Part shown: positions 18,293 to 27,808 of the stretch, piece by piece
How positions within the stretch are numbered: the first letter of the stretch is position 1
How the letters are laid out: each line of letters opens with the position of its first letter
Virus record (IMG/VR): IMGVR_UViG_3300049489_001113
Span: 1-64,000 of that record
DNA: 64,000 nt
Reading direction: 5' to 3' (one strand)
Source of the DNA: a virus
Program-made: the position numbers and the translations under genes
Notes under the pieces: generated by a model
Database searches by the model: none
Told to the model about the DNA's origin: nothing
The model's input: the letters and a program-made list of their open reading frames with translations, nothing else

Positions 18293-18471
18293 TTCTTCTT
18301 CCCCGCCCGCTTGTACCCGCCCTTCGGTCCGAGACGCCCAGCCTTCGACATGGAGAGGGCCGTGGCCACCGCCTGCTTGAGCGGCATCTTCTCCTCGCGC
18401 ACGAGCTTGGAGATCTTCTTCGAGGTGGCCGCGCGTTTCTCGGCCGCCTTCTTCACGCGACTCTTCGCCAT
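18289..18471 (-). CDS. Small highly basic protein
   Basis: MAKSRVKK...KQAVATALS...KKK. Confidence 0.65.
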   Translation of the reverse strand: MAKSRVKKAAEKRAATSKKISKLVREEKMPLKQAVATALSMSKAGRLGPKGGYKRAGKKK

Positions 18472-18722
18472 CACCGCCTCCACTTCTCGGCACCGTCGGC
18501 CATGTTCCTGATCGCCTCGACCATCCGAGGCGTCACCCTGGCGTTCTTCGTAGCCCAGTCCCTCATCCCCTCGACCTTGCTGCGCACCGAGTCGACGAAG
18601 TCCTCGGCCTTCTCGGGCAGATCGTCGAGCACATCGAGCAGGTCGTCGCACTCCTTCACGAAGTCGTCGATCTCACCAGCATCGTCTCCGCTGAAACCAC
18701 TGCTGTGCCAGTCCGACATCAT
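18471..18722 (-). CDS. Hypothetical acidic protein
   Basis: Translationally coupled in the operon. Confidence 0.6.
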   Translation of the reverse strand: MMSDWHSSGFSGDDAGEIDDFVKECDDLLDVLDDLPEKAEDFVDSVRSKVEGMRDWATKNARVTPRMVEAIRNMADGAEKWRR

Positions 18723-18904
18723 GCACCATCCTCGTCGTCATCGCGACGCCGATCGATGTCGTCCGAGATGGCATCGATCATCGCCTGCAGTTCTTCCTGC
18801 AACACCTGAAGGTTCGACGCCGCGTCCTCGAGGGACATCGGCTGTGCGATCTTCTCGTTCGCCAGCTTGAGCAGATCCGACCAGTCGACTTCCACCATGG
18901 TCAC
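18719..18904 (-). CDS. Hypothetical acidic protein
   Basis: Translationally coupled in the operon. Confidence 0.5.
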   Translation of the reverse strand: MTMVEVDWSDLLKLANEKIAQPMSLEDAASNLQVLQEELQAMIDAISDDIDRRRDDDEDGA

Positions 18905-19200
18905 TCCTGTTCGACGACGCGCACGCCGTCTCTGTTGAACTCGAGGGCGGCCACCCAACCGAAGGCGCATGTTTCCCAGTCCTCGCCGTACATCTCGAGC
19001 GCCCTCGCCCTGTAGCCAGCGAGCCATCGCTGCGTGTTCTCCGGCCGGACCCACTCCGGTGCGGTCATGTGGTCGCGCTTGGATGGCCCACCGGTGGAAC
19101 CGAAGGGGGCGTTCTCGCACTGATCCATCGTGCAGTTGAAGCGCCCATCCTCGAACGGATCGGTCTTCGCCAGCTCCGCGCTTACGGGGTGGATCTGCAT
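18901..19200 (-). CDS. Hypothetical protein
   Basis: TGATG coupling. Confidence 0.6.
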   Translation of the reverse strand: MQIHPVSAELAKTDPFEDGRFNCTMDQCENAPFGSTGGPSKRDHMTAPEWVRPENTQRWLAGYRARALEMYGEDWETCAFGWVAALEFNRDGVRVVEQE

Positions 19201-19715
19201 CAGACCTTCCTCTCACGCTGCGACATCCGCCTGGTGATTTCCCTGGAAATAGCCTGGTATTTCATGGACAGCCCCTCGAGCACCGCCTGCATCACACGGT
19301 AGCGGGTGTCCACACGAAGCTGCTCTTCCGTGGCAAGGACCACGCTGCGCTCACCCTCAGCCTGCGCGCGCGCGACGGTGACGTTGTCCTCGTACACGCC
19401 CACGAGCGCCTCGTTGTACAGCTTCGTCCGCTGCCAGTCGAGGACCTTGCGGTCCGAATCCTGGATCGCCACGTGGTACGACGCGTACGCCACCATGGAT
19501 GCCCAGTAGCTCATGTGCTCGCCGAGGTCCTCGTCGGACACGTCAGCGAGGTTGTGGGGCCACTCTGGGGCGTCCCCAGGGGGCTTGTCGGGCGGGGGGA
19601 ACGGGATGGCGGCGAGCAACTCTGCCACCGAGTCCCGCACAATCCCGGAGTTGGCGAGCGGCTCCACCTTCTCCGCGGCCCGCACAGGTTTCAGGTTCTT
19701 CGCCACGTCGCCCAT
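19200..19715 (-). CDS. Helical protein, possible recombination mediator (UvsY-like position and composition)
   Basis: Long helices ending in ISREITRR; adjacent to the exonuclease/RecA genes. Confidence 0.55.
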   Translation of the reverse strand: MGDVAKNLKPVRAAEKVEPLANSGIVRDSVAELLAAIPFPPPDKPPGDAPEWPHNLADVSDEDLGEHMSYWASMVAYASYHVAIQDSDRKVLDWQRTKLYNEALVGVYEDNVTVARAQAEGERSVVLATEEQLRVDTRYRVMQAVLEGLSMKYQAISREITRRMSQRERKV

Positions 19716-20698
19716 CAATCCTCCACCGCGAAGCATGCGTCGCAACCGGCGCAGTCCTTCGCTCGCTTGGTGGTGGGTGAACCGCAGTCCTCGTGTCGCT
19801 CCGGCAGGGGTACCTTGCCGTCGGCGAGGCACTTCTCGAGGAGCAGCGTGTCCGCCAACTCGTCTTCGATCAAGGATCTGTTGTAGTCGAACCAGAAGTC
19901 CGCGATCTTACCGTTGTTCTTGCAGACGTACAGCAGCACACCGCGCTTCTTCCCGAGCCCGTGCATGTACAGGTTCACCTGCTTCATGTTCTGGGTGGAG
20001 GGACCTGTTGCTGTGAGGGCGCCGAACCTGCGCTCGTTGGCGGTCTTCACGTCCACCACGATGTCTGGCTTCCCGTCCTCGTCGATGAGTAGTCCGTCGG
20101 TGTGTCCATAGATGTTGTGCCCGGGGATCCGAACGGTGGTCTCAATGAACTCCCACCGACCCCACTTCGAGCAGTGCAGGCACCCACCTCGCCGCCCCAC
20201 CTCCTGCATCAGTCGCCCCCGCGAGTCATCCTCAGGATCTGGGTCGACGGCGCTACACGTCTCGACGCAGGTGGCGGGGGTCAGGTCTGGCCCCTCCTTG
20301 TCCTCGCTGCTCCCCCACTGGCAGAACTCGCACGAGTCCTTTGGCATCACCCCCTGCACCACGGTCAGACAGCGGGAGCAGCGCCAGTTCCCCCACAGGA
20401 TGCCCATAGGCCCGAGGTACCGCTCCTGGTACCAGTGGTGCACGGCGTGGCCGACGTCGAAGATGCGCTCCATCTCCACGTCGACCGTCTTCTTGGCGAT
20501 CGGCAACTTCTGCCGACGCCGGAGGACCTCGAACCGGGGACAGAACCCGTCGGACACGATCTCGCTCGGGTGCCACACACCCTTCTTCCTCTCGGACGGA
20601 CGTGCGGCACGCTTCACGATGAACCGGTCGAGTTCACGCACGAGGCTCGGCTTCGGCTTCGTCTCGCGCGCCTCCCGGATGAGGTCCTTCAGGCCCAT
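19715..20698 (-). CDS. Cas4/RecB-like PD-(D/E)XK exonuclease
   Basis: HPSE..CPR, FDVGHAVH, GHTDG, DVKT, QVNLYM, C-terminal Cys cluster. Confidence 0.85.
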   Translation of the reverse strand: MGLKDLIREARETKPKPSLVRELDRFIVKRAARPSERKKGVWHPSEIVSDGFCPRFEVLRRRQKLPIAKKTVDVEMERIFDVGHAVHHWYQERYLGPMGILWGNWRCSRCLTVVQGVMPKDSCEFCQWGSSEDKEGPDLTPATCVETCSAVDPDPEDDSRGRLMQEVGRRGGCLHCSKWGRWEFIETTVRIPGHNIYGHTDGLLIDEDGKPDIVVDVKTANERRFGALTATGPSTQNMKQVNLYMHGLGKKRGVLLYVCKNNGKIADFWFDYNRSLIEDELADTLLLEKCLADGKVPLPERHEDCGSPTTKRAKDCAGCDACFAVED

Positions 20699-21090
20699 CA
20701 GTCGACGACCTTCGCGACGTCAGGATCCGCACCGCCGTTGACGGGGGCAGAGGGAAACGGCGTAGTCGTCGGGGCCGCGGTGGCCTTGGGCTTCCGGGTG
20801 CGCTTGGCCTTCGGCGCATCCTTCGGCTTCCGACCCCGCTTGCGGGTGAGCAGGATGTAGTCGAGCTGCTTCCGCACGTAGACGTCGCACGACTCGCAGA
20901 CGTCGTAATAGTCGGTGGCCTTGAGCACGAGCGACCCGTCGTCGTTGCCCGTGGCAGACAGCCGCTGAAGGCGGAACTTCGGCAGCACCTCGGGAGCGTC
21001 CGAATCCACCTTGTCGGAGACCCGGCTCGGTCCCTCCATCTTCTTCCCGCAACGATCGCACTTGACGATCTCAATCACTTCCTTCGCCAT
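20698..21090 (-). CDS. Zn-finger protein
   Basis: CDRCG...DVCESC; basic tail. Confidence 0.65.
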   Translation of the reverse strand: MAKEVIEIVKCDRCGKKMEGPSRVSDKVDSDAPEVLPKFRLQRLSATGNDDGSLVLKATDYYDVCESCDVYVRKQLDYILLTRKRGRKPKDAPKAKRTRKPKATAAPTTTPFPSAPVNGGADPDVAKVVD

Positions 21091-21091
21091 C

Positions 21092-21433
21092 TCACACCTC
21101 TCCGCGCAACAGCGCACTGAATGTTTCTTTCTCGATCACGACCCAATCCTTCGGCACCGGCGTCTCCGCACTCTCCATCGTGACGACCACTGCGGCCAGG
21201 TGCCCGGTGGAGGTGGCCTCCCGCCAGATCTTCGAGAGCACCTTGATGTCCACCGGCACCTGCTTCTTCGCGGTGGTCTTCATCTCGTACCGGAACTTCG
21301 CATCGACGGCGTCACCCTTTGCGATCGTCGTAGCACCACTGTTCGGTGTGAGGCGTGCCCCGAGTTCCGCAGCGATCCGCCGTTCCTGTCGCTGGGAGTG
21401 GAGACGCATGGCCCGACCCTTCGACTTGGACAT
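21092..21433 (-). CDS. Small PD-(D/E)XK nuclease (resolvase-like)
   Basis: QERRIA...NSGA...KGD...YEMKTT. Confidence 0.75.
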   Translation of the reverse strand: MSKSKGRAMRLHSQRQERRIAAELGARLTPNSGATTIAKGDAVDAKFRYEMKTTAKKQVPVDIKVLSKIWREATSTGHLAAVVVTMESAETPVPKDWVVIEKETFSALLRGEV

Positions 21434-22659
21434 CACGCAACCCCCTTGTTCAACGACGCAGTCTCAGAGGCGATGATCCCTGCGTAGACCGCATCGTAGA
21501 GATCCGGATCCTGCGCGAGAGCCTGCCCAGCCTGGTTCGCACCCTGCCCGAGGACGCGATCCCCGAAGCGGTAGTGCGCTCCGTTCCGTTGGAGCACACC
21601 CACCCGAGCCGCAGCGTAGACCACCTGCTGGAACACGTTCGTGGTCGCCTTGTGGATCTCCGCCCCCGTCACCGGGTCGGAGACGCGCGCCGTGTAGAAC
21701 TTGAACTCCCCGAACCGGTACGGGGTATTGGTCTTGTTCTTCACCACGTCGAAGTGGAAGGTGCGCCCGACGACGAGGGCTTCCTTGCTCTTCGGCCGCG
21801 CCCCGCTGTCCTCCTCCCCGTCCCCCGGCGTGTACCAGATCTTCGGCCCCGCGCGCATGTGCACGATGCAGGACCCGGCGAAGAGCTGCCCCTGCCCACC
21901 GGGCATCACCTTGTCCATGCCCGTGGAGATGGACGAACGGAACTGCTGCACGATCACGATGGTGGGACCACCGGTGAGGAACTCGTTCGAGGCCGTGTTC
22001 GCTCCAGCCTGGAGCGAGCGGAAGCCCTTGTTCGCGATGCGTGCCATGAGCCCCTGCTGCCACTCGACGAAGGACGACTCGATCTCCGACTTCGGCGTGA
22101 GCTGCGCGAAGCTGTCCACGACGATGAGCCCGTTCGGCATCACCCGCACGAACTCGGCGAGCATGTCGAGGGTCTGCTCCATGTTCTCCGACGGGTGGAC
22201 GAGAACCGCGTTCACGTTCACGCCGTTGAACTCGGCCCACGCCTTGTCCCACGACTTCTCCGCGTCGACGTAGATCACCGGCTCACCGCGGTTCTGGAAC
22301 TCGCGCATCAGCCACAGGCACACGAGGGTCTTGCAGCTCGACTCCATCCCGGCGAGCAGCGTGATCCTCCCTCGAGGGAACCCGACCTCACTCCCGGTGG
22401 CCCCGAGGGCAAGGTCGAGCGCGAAGATGCCGCACGGCACGCGGTCCAGATCTGGGAAGTCGGAACCGGCGCGGAGTCTGCTGTCGCCGTGGTCCTTGCG
22501 TATGCTCGCCACCGTGGCGTTGAACCGGGATAGCACGTCCACTGGCTCGGCCTTCTTCGCCCTGGTGCGGGCGTGTTCCTTCTCCTCGGACTTCGCGAGG
22601 GCAACCTTGACCTCAGCATCACGGATGGCCGCCGGCCTCTTCTTTCCTCTACCTGCCAC
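21433..22659 (-). CDS. recA: RecA-like recombinase
   Basis: LDLALG..GFPRGRI, GMESSCKT, YVDAEK, IVVDS, PGG, VVKNKT..P. Confidence 0.9.
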   Translation of the reverse strand: MAGRGKKRPAAIRDAEVKVALAKSEEKEHARTRAKKAEPVDVLSRFNATVASIRKDHGDSRLRAGSDFPDLDRVPCGIFALDLALGATGSEVGFPRGRITLLAGMESSCKTLVCLWLMREFQNRGEPVIYVDAEKSWDKAWAEFNGVNVNAVLVHPSENMEQTLDMLAEFVRVMPNGLIVVDSFAQLTPKSEIESSFVEWQQGLMARIANKGFRSLQAGANTASNEFLTGGPTIVIVQQFRSSISTGMDKVMPGGQGQLFAGSCIVHMRAGPKIWYTPGDGEEDSGARPKSKEALVVGRTFHFDVVKNKTNTPYRFGEFKFYTARVSDPVTGAEIHKATTNVFQQVVYAAARVGVLQRNGAHYRFGDRVLGQGANQAGQALAQDPDLYDAVYAGIIASETASLNKGVA

Positions 22660-23011
22660 GCTTACCTCCCTCGTCGCCGTCGTTCCGCACGGTGCGAATC
22701 TGGGCTCGAATCTCACGCTCGGCGACAGCCCACGCGAGACCGTACGCGTCAGGGACCTCAGCCAGACGGCAGGGCAGCTCGACTCCGACGTCGACGCGCG
22801 CGGACTCGTAGTTCCCGAGGTTGATGGTCATGCCGAGCCCGACCTTCACGACGGCGAGCTTCTCACCGTCCTCCTCGATCACCTTTGGCACGGTGTCTTC
22901 CTTCCCGGGGTACCACTCCTCCTCGTAGAACTCCGCGTCGCTCTGGTTCATGTCGACGCGCTTCGGGTACGTCCGACGAACCCACACCTTGCCATCAACG
23001 CTGCGTGCCAT
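22649..23011 (-). CDS. Hypothetical protein
   Basis: MTINLGNYESARVDV motif. Confidence 0.65.
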   Translation of the reverse strand: MARSVDGKVWVRRTYPKRVDMNQSDAEFYEEEWYPGKEDTVPKVIEEDGEKLAVVKVGLGMTINLGNYESARVDVGVELPCRLAEVPDAYGLAWAVAEREIRAQIRTVRNDGDEGGKRGR

Positions 23012-23549
23012 ATTGCTCTCCCTTCTTGAGGAAACTCGATCCCGCGCGGTGCCGCTTCCTTGACGCGACCCCACCCACGTTACCCACGTGCTCCCACCCC
23101 GCCGCGATCTCCGCCTGCACGTTGCCGGTGGACCACGCGATCCGACCATCCACCCGGTGCTTGTCCACCACCCGGAGGATCAACTCCACCTGCGACTTGG
23201 TCCACAGTCGCTTGCCGTCGAGGCCCCGAAAGGGCGACTCCGGGATGTACCCGGCCGTGATCCACTTGGTGAAAGTGCGCAGGTAGATCCCCAGCCCAGA
23301 GATGAGCACCTCGGACGTGTACAACCACTCCATGCGCTCGTTGCCGTTGGCGTCCTCCACCGTGAATAGCCTCGGCGCGGCGACCCCCTTGTACTCCGGC
23401 GCGAAGGCCCCGATGCGGAGGCGATGGTCACGCTCGTTCTTCCATCGGGTCTTCCACGACTTCACCTCGACCTCGAGCGCGCGCACCTTGAGGGTGAGGG
23501 CTACGACCTCCTCCTCGAGGGTCTCGTGCTGGGACCAGGTGTCTGTCAC
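22995..23549 (-). CDS. MerR-like HTH protein
   Basis: YT...LGI..RT..KWI..GYIP...GKRLWT..QV. Confidence 0.65.
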   Translation of the reverse strand: MTDTWSQHETLEEEVVALTLKVRALEVEVKSWKTRWKNERDHRLRIGAFAPEYKGVAAPRLFTVEDANGNERMEWLYTSEVLISGLGIYLRTFTKWITAGYIPESPFRGLDGKRLWTKSQVELILRVVDKHRVDGRIAWSTGNVQAEIAAGWEHVGNVGGVASRKRHRAGSSFLKKGEQYGTQR

Positions 23550-24070
23550 TTCGACCCCCCAAGGAGACGGTCTGCCGTGACGCCCATCGCGTAGCCCTTC
23601 ACGCTCACGCTCGGCGTGGACTCCGTCTCCGTGGTGAACGAGCGCAACTCCTCGGCGCTGAACACGTCCCCGGCGACGGCCTGCTCGAGTCTGGCGCTGT
23701 CGAGCACCAGCACCTGCCGGAAGCACAACGTCTCGGGGTCGAGTCCCTTCTTTGAGAGAAGCGCGAGAAGCGCCACCTCGTTGACCTTCACGGTGGTCTT
23801 CTTCTTCGTGACCTGGATCTTCACACCACCATGCTCGACGGTCTTCGACGTTCCGGCCTCGAGGTCAGACGCCTCGTCGAGACGGACCTGCGCCTTGAGC
23901 TGGTCGAGGCGCTTCTCGAACGCCTTTCCACCGGCATCCAGGATGGACACGGCCACGAACCTCTCGTCCGTGGACAACTCGGATACCTCCGTGCGTAGGA
24001 GTCGCCCCCAGTCGACCTCCACACCATGCTCCCCTACGCGGAGAAGATCCGTCGACCCGTGCTCAGACAT
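23546..24070 (-). CDS. Hypothetical protein
   Basis: AGGAG RBS; coupled. Confidence 0.65.
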   Translation of the reverse strand: MSEHGSTDLLRVGEHGVEVDWGRLLRTEVSELSTDERFVAVSILDAGGKAFEKRLDQLKAQVRLDEASDLEAGTSKTVEHGGVKIQVTKKKTTVKVNEVALLALLSKKGLDPETLCFRQVLVLDSARLEQAVAGDVFSAEELRSFTTETESTPSVSVKGYAMGVTADRLLGGSK

Positions 24071-24281
24071 GACCGCGCTCCTTCTTGGCCTCGCGCTTCG
24101 CGCGACGCCGCTGCGCCCTGTTGGCGTGCTGTTGCTTCTTGGCCCACACGACGCGCTCCTCCGGTGTCATCGCCTCGAGCTTCGCCTTCAGGAACATGTC
24201 CCGGATGGGGACGGTGAACCCGTTGGCACTGGCCTCCTCCTCGGAGATGAACTCGCGAATCTCTCCCGTGTCCGGATTCAT
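24063..24281 (-). CDS. Hypothetical protein
   Basis: MNPDTGEI...NRAQRR. Confidence 0.6.
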   Translation of the reverse strand: MNPDTGEIREFISEEEASANGFTVPIRDMFLKAKLEAMTPEERVVWAKKQQHANRAQRRRAKREAKKERGHV

Positions 24282-25651
24282 GCGGCCTTCCTGCGCTCGA
24301 TGCCGAGCTTCGTGTAGGTGCGGGACCGCGCGCGGAACATCCCCATGCAGATCCCCACCTGGTGATCAACGTAGTCGACGACGAGCGGCTGCTTCTTGTC
24401 CGGGCTCACCCGGAGAATGCGGCCAACCGCCTGCTCCACCGACGCCTGCGGCGTGGTGAGGAACAACGTGTCCAACTCCGGGCAGTCGAAGCCCTCCTGC
24501 ACCATGGCAAAGGTGCCCACGATGACGTCCCCGTCCGCGGCGTACTTCTGCTGGGCCTCGGTCATCCCACCCACGAGCTTCCGCACGTCCACACCGTCCG
24601 ATGCGAGGGCGCGCACGAACTCGTCGACATGCTCGAGCCGGTGAGAGAGCACCAGCACACGGCGTCCTGCCTCGACTGCTCCGCGGATGTCGCGCAGGAT
24701 CCGAGCGGTGCGGTCCTTCCGCTCGACGAGCGCGTTGATGAGCTTCGGCACGTTCGGCTTGCGCTGCCCACCGCGCCACATCATGTAGGAGGACGGGTCC
24801 ACGGGGTATGACAGGTTCCGAACCTCGAGCCGGGGTTGAAGACGCTCCGCCTTCCCCTGGTGGCAGATCTCTCCGAAGTTCGAGAGGAACACGGAGGAGA
24901 GGCCGTCCCGACGATCCGGTGTGGCGGTGAGCCCGAGACGGAACTTCGCCGGGAACATGGAGGCCGCGCGCTGCCACTCGGGGGCGGAAGCGCGGTGCAC
25001 CTCATCGGCGATGAGAAGCCCGAAGGTGTCGAACACCTCTTGGGGGTAGTCGCGGGCCAGCAGCGACTGGACCATGCAGATCACCACGTCGTGCGTGTCG
25101 CCCGTGTCGAGCTGGTTGCCCTGGATGCGCCCGACCCGCGCCTCGGGAATGAAGGTGCGAACCTCATCCTCCCACTGCGTGGCGAGGAAGTTCTTGTGCA
25201 CGAGCACCGCCGTGCTGCGTCCGAGGCGACGGATCACCTCGACACCGCAGGTGGTCTTCCCGAACCCACAGTCCGCCTGGAGCGTGGTGCCGTTCGCTAC
25301 CGACAGCAGAGCGAACAGCGTGTCGGCCACCGCCTCCTGCTGCCCGTTGCGGAACTTGAGCACCTGCTCGGAAGCCCGGAGGGCCCGACCCTCCGACCGC
25401 AGGTCCGTGTAGACCCAACCCTCCTGCAGTGCGAGGTCGTGCACCGCCGTGCGGGGGAACCCGAACCACCCATCCTTCTCCTGCCACAGGAGCAACTCGG
25501 GCTCGATGCCCTTCGTGGACGCGCCCATCTCCTTCGCCCCGGCGTACGCCGGGTTGGTGTGCGTGAAGCGAGCGCACAGCCGGCGTACATCCGCCGCGTC
25601 CGCGGGGAACTCGGGTAGGAGCCAGAACAGGGAATCGCATCGCGCTTGCAT
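24278..25651 (-). CDS. SF2 DEXH helicase
   Basis: CGFGKT, IADEVH, GLTATP, EGFD, QAVGRILR. Confidence 0.92.
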   Translation of the reverse strand: MQARCDSLFWLLPEFPADAADVRRLCARFTHTNPAYAGAKEMGASTKGIEPELLLWQEKDGWFGFPRTAVHDLALQEGWVYTDLRSEGRALRASEQVLKFRNGQQEAVADTLFALLSVANGTTLQADCGFGKTTCGVEVIRRLGRSTAVLVHKNFLATQWEDEVRTFIPEARVGRIQGNQLDTGDTHDVVICMVQSLLARDYPQEVFDTFGLLIADEVHRASAPEWQRAASMFPAKFRLGLTATPDRRDGLSSVFLSNFGEICHQGKAERLQPRLEVRNLSYPVDPSSYMMWRGGQRKPNVPKLINALVERKDRTARILRDIRGAVEAGRRVLVLSHRLEHVDEFVRALASDGVDVRKLVGGMTEAQQKYAADGDVIVGTFAMVQEGFDCPELDTLFLTTPQASVEQAVGRILRVSPDKKQPLVVDYVDHQVGICMGMFRARSRTYTKLGIERRKAA

Positions 25652-25652
25652 C

Positions 25653-27761
25653 TCAGTGGACCTCGAGCCAGGTGTGGCCGACGGCGGGGTCGGCGACGAT
25701 GGGGACACGCAGCTTCACCGCGTGCTCGAACTCGCGCTTCATCATCTTGGCCGCCTCCTGCGCGTAGTCCTCGGTGGCCTCACAGATCAACTCGTCGTGC
25801 ACGGTGGACAAGATCCGAAACCGCTTGTCGAGTTCGCCCGACTCAAGGGCCGCACGGTGCACGTTGCGCATGGCGATCTTCATCAGGTCGGCGGCGCTGC
25901 CCTGGATGATGGTGTTGATCGCGGCGCGGATCGTGTGCCCGTACTTCCCCTTCGGGCGCCCGTCGTCATCGCGGTCCACTTGCACCTTGTCGAAGCGCCG
26001 GTGTCGCCCCGTCATGGTGCGCACATACCAGTCGTCGAGGAACTTCTTCTCGACCCTGCGATGGAACTGCTGCACCCCCTGGTACACGTTGAAATACCTG
26101 TTCACGTACCGCTGTGCCTCGTCGATCGATACGCCCAAAGTATTACCCAGGAGCCAAGCCGACATTTGGTAACAAAGCCCAAAATTCACCACCTTGGCCT
26201 GCTGCCTGTCGCAGCCCACCTCCTGAGCGGTGAGCTGGTGGATGTCCATCCCGAGGCAGAAGCAGCCGGGGTGAGGGACGCCGTCGAGGGACATCTTCGC
26301 CTTCTTGATCTTGCCGTCCTTCTCGTAGGTCTCCCCCGCACCACAGTTCGGGCAGTCGTACCGGACAACATCCACTTCTCCGGTCGCCCCGCAGGCGCCG
26401 CAGCGCCACGTCCTGTACGCTGCGATTAGCTTCGGGTCGCGCGAGTAGTGGGCCATGAACCGCAACTCGATCTGGGAGAAGTCGATGTCCACCATCTTCC
26501 ACCCCGGTGCCGACACGAAGGCCCCTCGGATCTTCGGTAGCTTCCGCAACCACACGTCCTTCGAGTCGTCATCCGATGGGCGCGGGATGTTCTGCAGGTT
26601 CGGGTTGTTCGACGACGCCCTGCCCGTGTCCGTCCCGGTCTGGTTGAAGTTGGCCCGGATGCGACCGTCTACGTCCGCGAGATCGACGAGGCTCAGCGTG
26701 TACCGCGCCCGCATCGTCTCGAGCTTCCGCCACCGCAGCAGCAGGATGGCCACCTCTTTGCCGCGCCTGTCCCGCGCGATCTTGAGCTGGTTGAGGAGCG
26801 TCTCCTCGTCCGTGCTGTAGAAACCGACAGGGTCATCCTTGGCGCGTGCCGTACCCCTCTCCAACCCGGCGGGGTTCCACCACGAGAGCGTGTCGAACAT
26901 CAGCCTGGACAGCTTCTGCGTCTTCGACGTGGGGAACTCGCCCTCGACCAACGAGTCGAGCTTCTTCTGGATCTCGACCTGCTCCTGCTCTACCTCGCCG
27001 TGGCACTTCGTCAGGATGTCGCGGTCGATGAGCATTCCCGCCCTGCGCATGTGCGCGTAGACCCGGACAACGGGGCACTCCAGCTCGAGGAACTCACGCA
27101 GGAACCCGGCCTCGCCCCACTCCTCGCGCATCTCCTTCTCGTACCGGTGCCACAGGCGCAGCGTGCTCCTCGCGTCGTCCGCCGCGTACGCAGCGGCGGC
27201 CTCGGGGTCGCTGTACTGGATGCCTCGCGGATCCGCGACCTCCTCGAACTCGGTCATCTCGTAGCCGAGATCCTTCCTGGCGAGGGTCTTCAGCCCGAAC
27301 GGCTTGTTGCCCAGCGGGCGCATCCCACGGCAGAGCAACCACTTCGCCACACGAGTGCACACCACCTCGTTCCTGTCGAAGAGCCACCCCTCCCTGTAGG
27401 CCAAGGAGAGATCGAACGCGGCGTTGTGCATGGCGACGCGTCTGCCACTCTCGGCGACGGCACGCATGATCGTGTGCGCCACGTCCATCGACAGGTTGAG
27501 GGGATGAGGCTCGGACCGCAGTACACGTGGCGGCCCGAGCTTCTTCCGCCCCTGCTTGACCTGCACTTCCTCCTCGAGGATGCGCTCGTGTCGGAGCGGC
27601 ACGTACACGCCGTGACGGTTCCCGCACGAGATCGAGAACCCCACGATGTGGTGGGCCACAGGAGAGAGTCCCGTGGTCTCCGTGTCGAACGCGAGGGGCT
27701 CCTCGCGGTCGGACATGATGCGGTCGACGAGATCGCCGACCGTCTCGTTTGTAACGAGCAT
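25653..27761 (-). CDS. polA: Family A DNA polymerase with 3'-5' exonuclease
   Basis: FDTETTG, HNAAFD, YAADDA, TGRASSNNPNLQNIP, DFSQIELR, RQQAKVVNFG..Y, IQGSAAD, VHDE. Confidence 0.96.
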   Translation of the reverse strand: MLVTNETVGDLVDRIMSDREEPLAFDTETTGLSPVAHHIVGFSISCGNRHGVYVPLRHERILEEEVQVKQGRKKLGPPRVLRSEPHPLNLSMDVAHTIMRAVAESGRRVAMHNAAFDLSLAYREGWLFDRNEVVCTRVAKWLLCRGMRPLGNKPFGLKTLARKDLGYEMTEFEEVADPRGIQYSDPEAAAAYAADDARSTLRLWHRYEKEMREEWGEAGFLREFLELECPVVRVYAHMRRAGMLIDRDILTKCHGEVEQEQVEIQKKLDSLVEGEFPTSKTQKLSRLMFDTLSWWNPAGLERGTARAKDDPVGFYSTDEETLLNQLKIARDRRGKEVAILLLRWRKLETMRARYTLSLVDLADVDGRIRANFNQTGTDTGRASSNNPNLQNIPRPSDDDSKDVWLRKLPKIRGAFVSAPGWKMVDIDFSQIELRFMAHYSRDPKLIAAYRTWRCGACGATGEVDVVRYDCPNCGAGETYEKDGKIKKAKMSLDGVPHPGCFCLGMDIHQLTAQEVGCDRQQAKVVNFGLCYQMSAWLLGNTLGVSIDEAQRYVNRYFNVYQGVQQFHRRVEKKFLDDWYVRTMTGRHRRFDKVQVDRDDDGRPKGKYGHTIRAAINTIIQGSAADLMKIAMRNVHRAALESGELDKRFRILSTVHDELICEATEDYAQEAAKMMKREFEHAVKLRVPIVADPAVGHTWLEVH

Positions 27762-27808
27762 GGTCAGCCTCCGTGGTGTTCACGGGGGCCCGGGTTGTTC
27801 CGGGTCCC

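Noticed and set aside
19715-20698. Cas4-like gene as part of a CRISPR-Cas system
   Set aside because: No array or other cas genes; solo Cas4-like exonucleases are common in phage recombination modules.
26251-26414. PolA insertion as a mini-intein
   Set aside because: Too short and lacks intein blocks and the terminal Asn.
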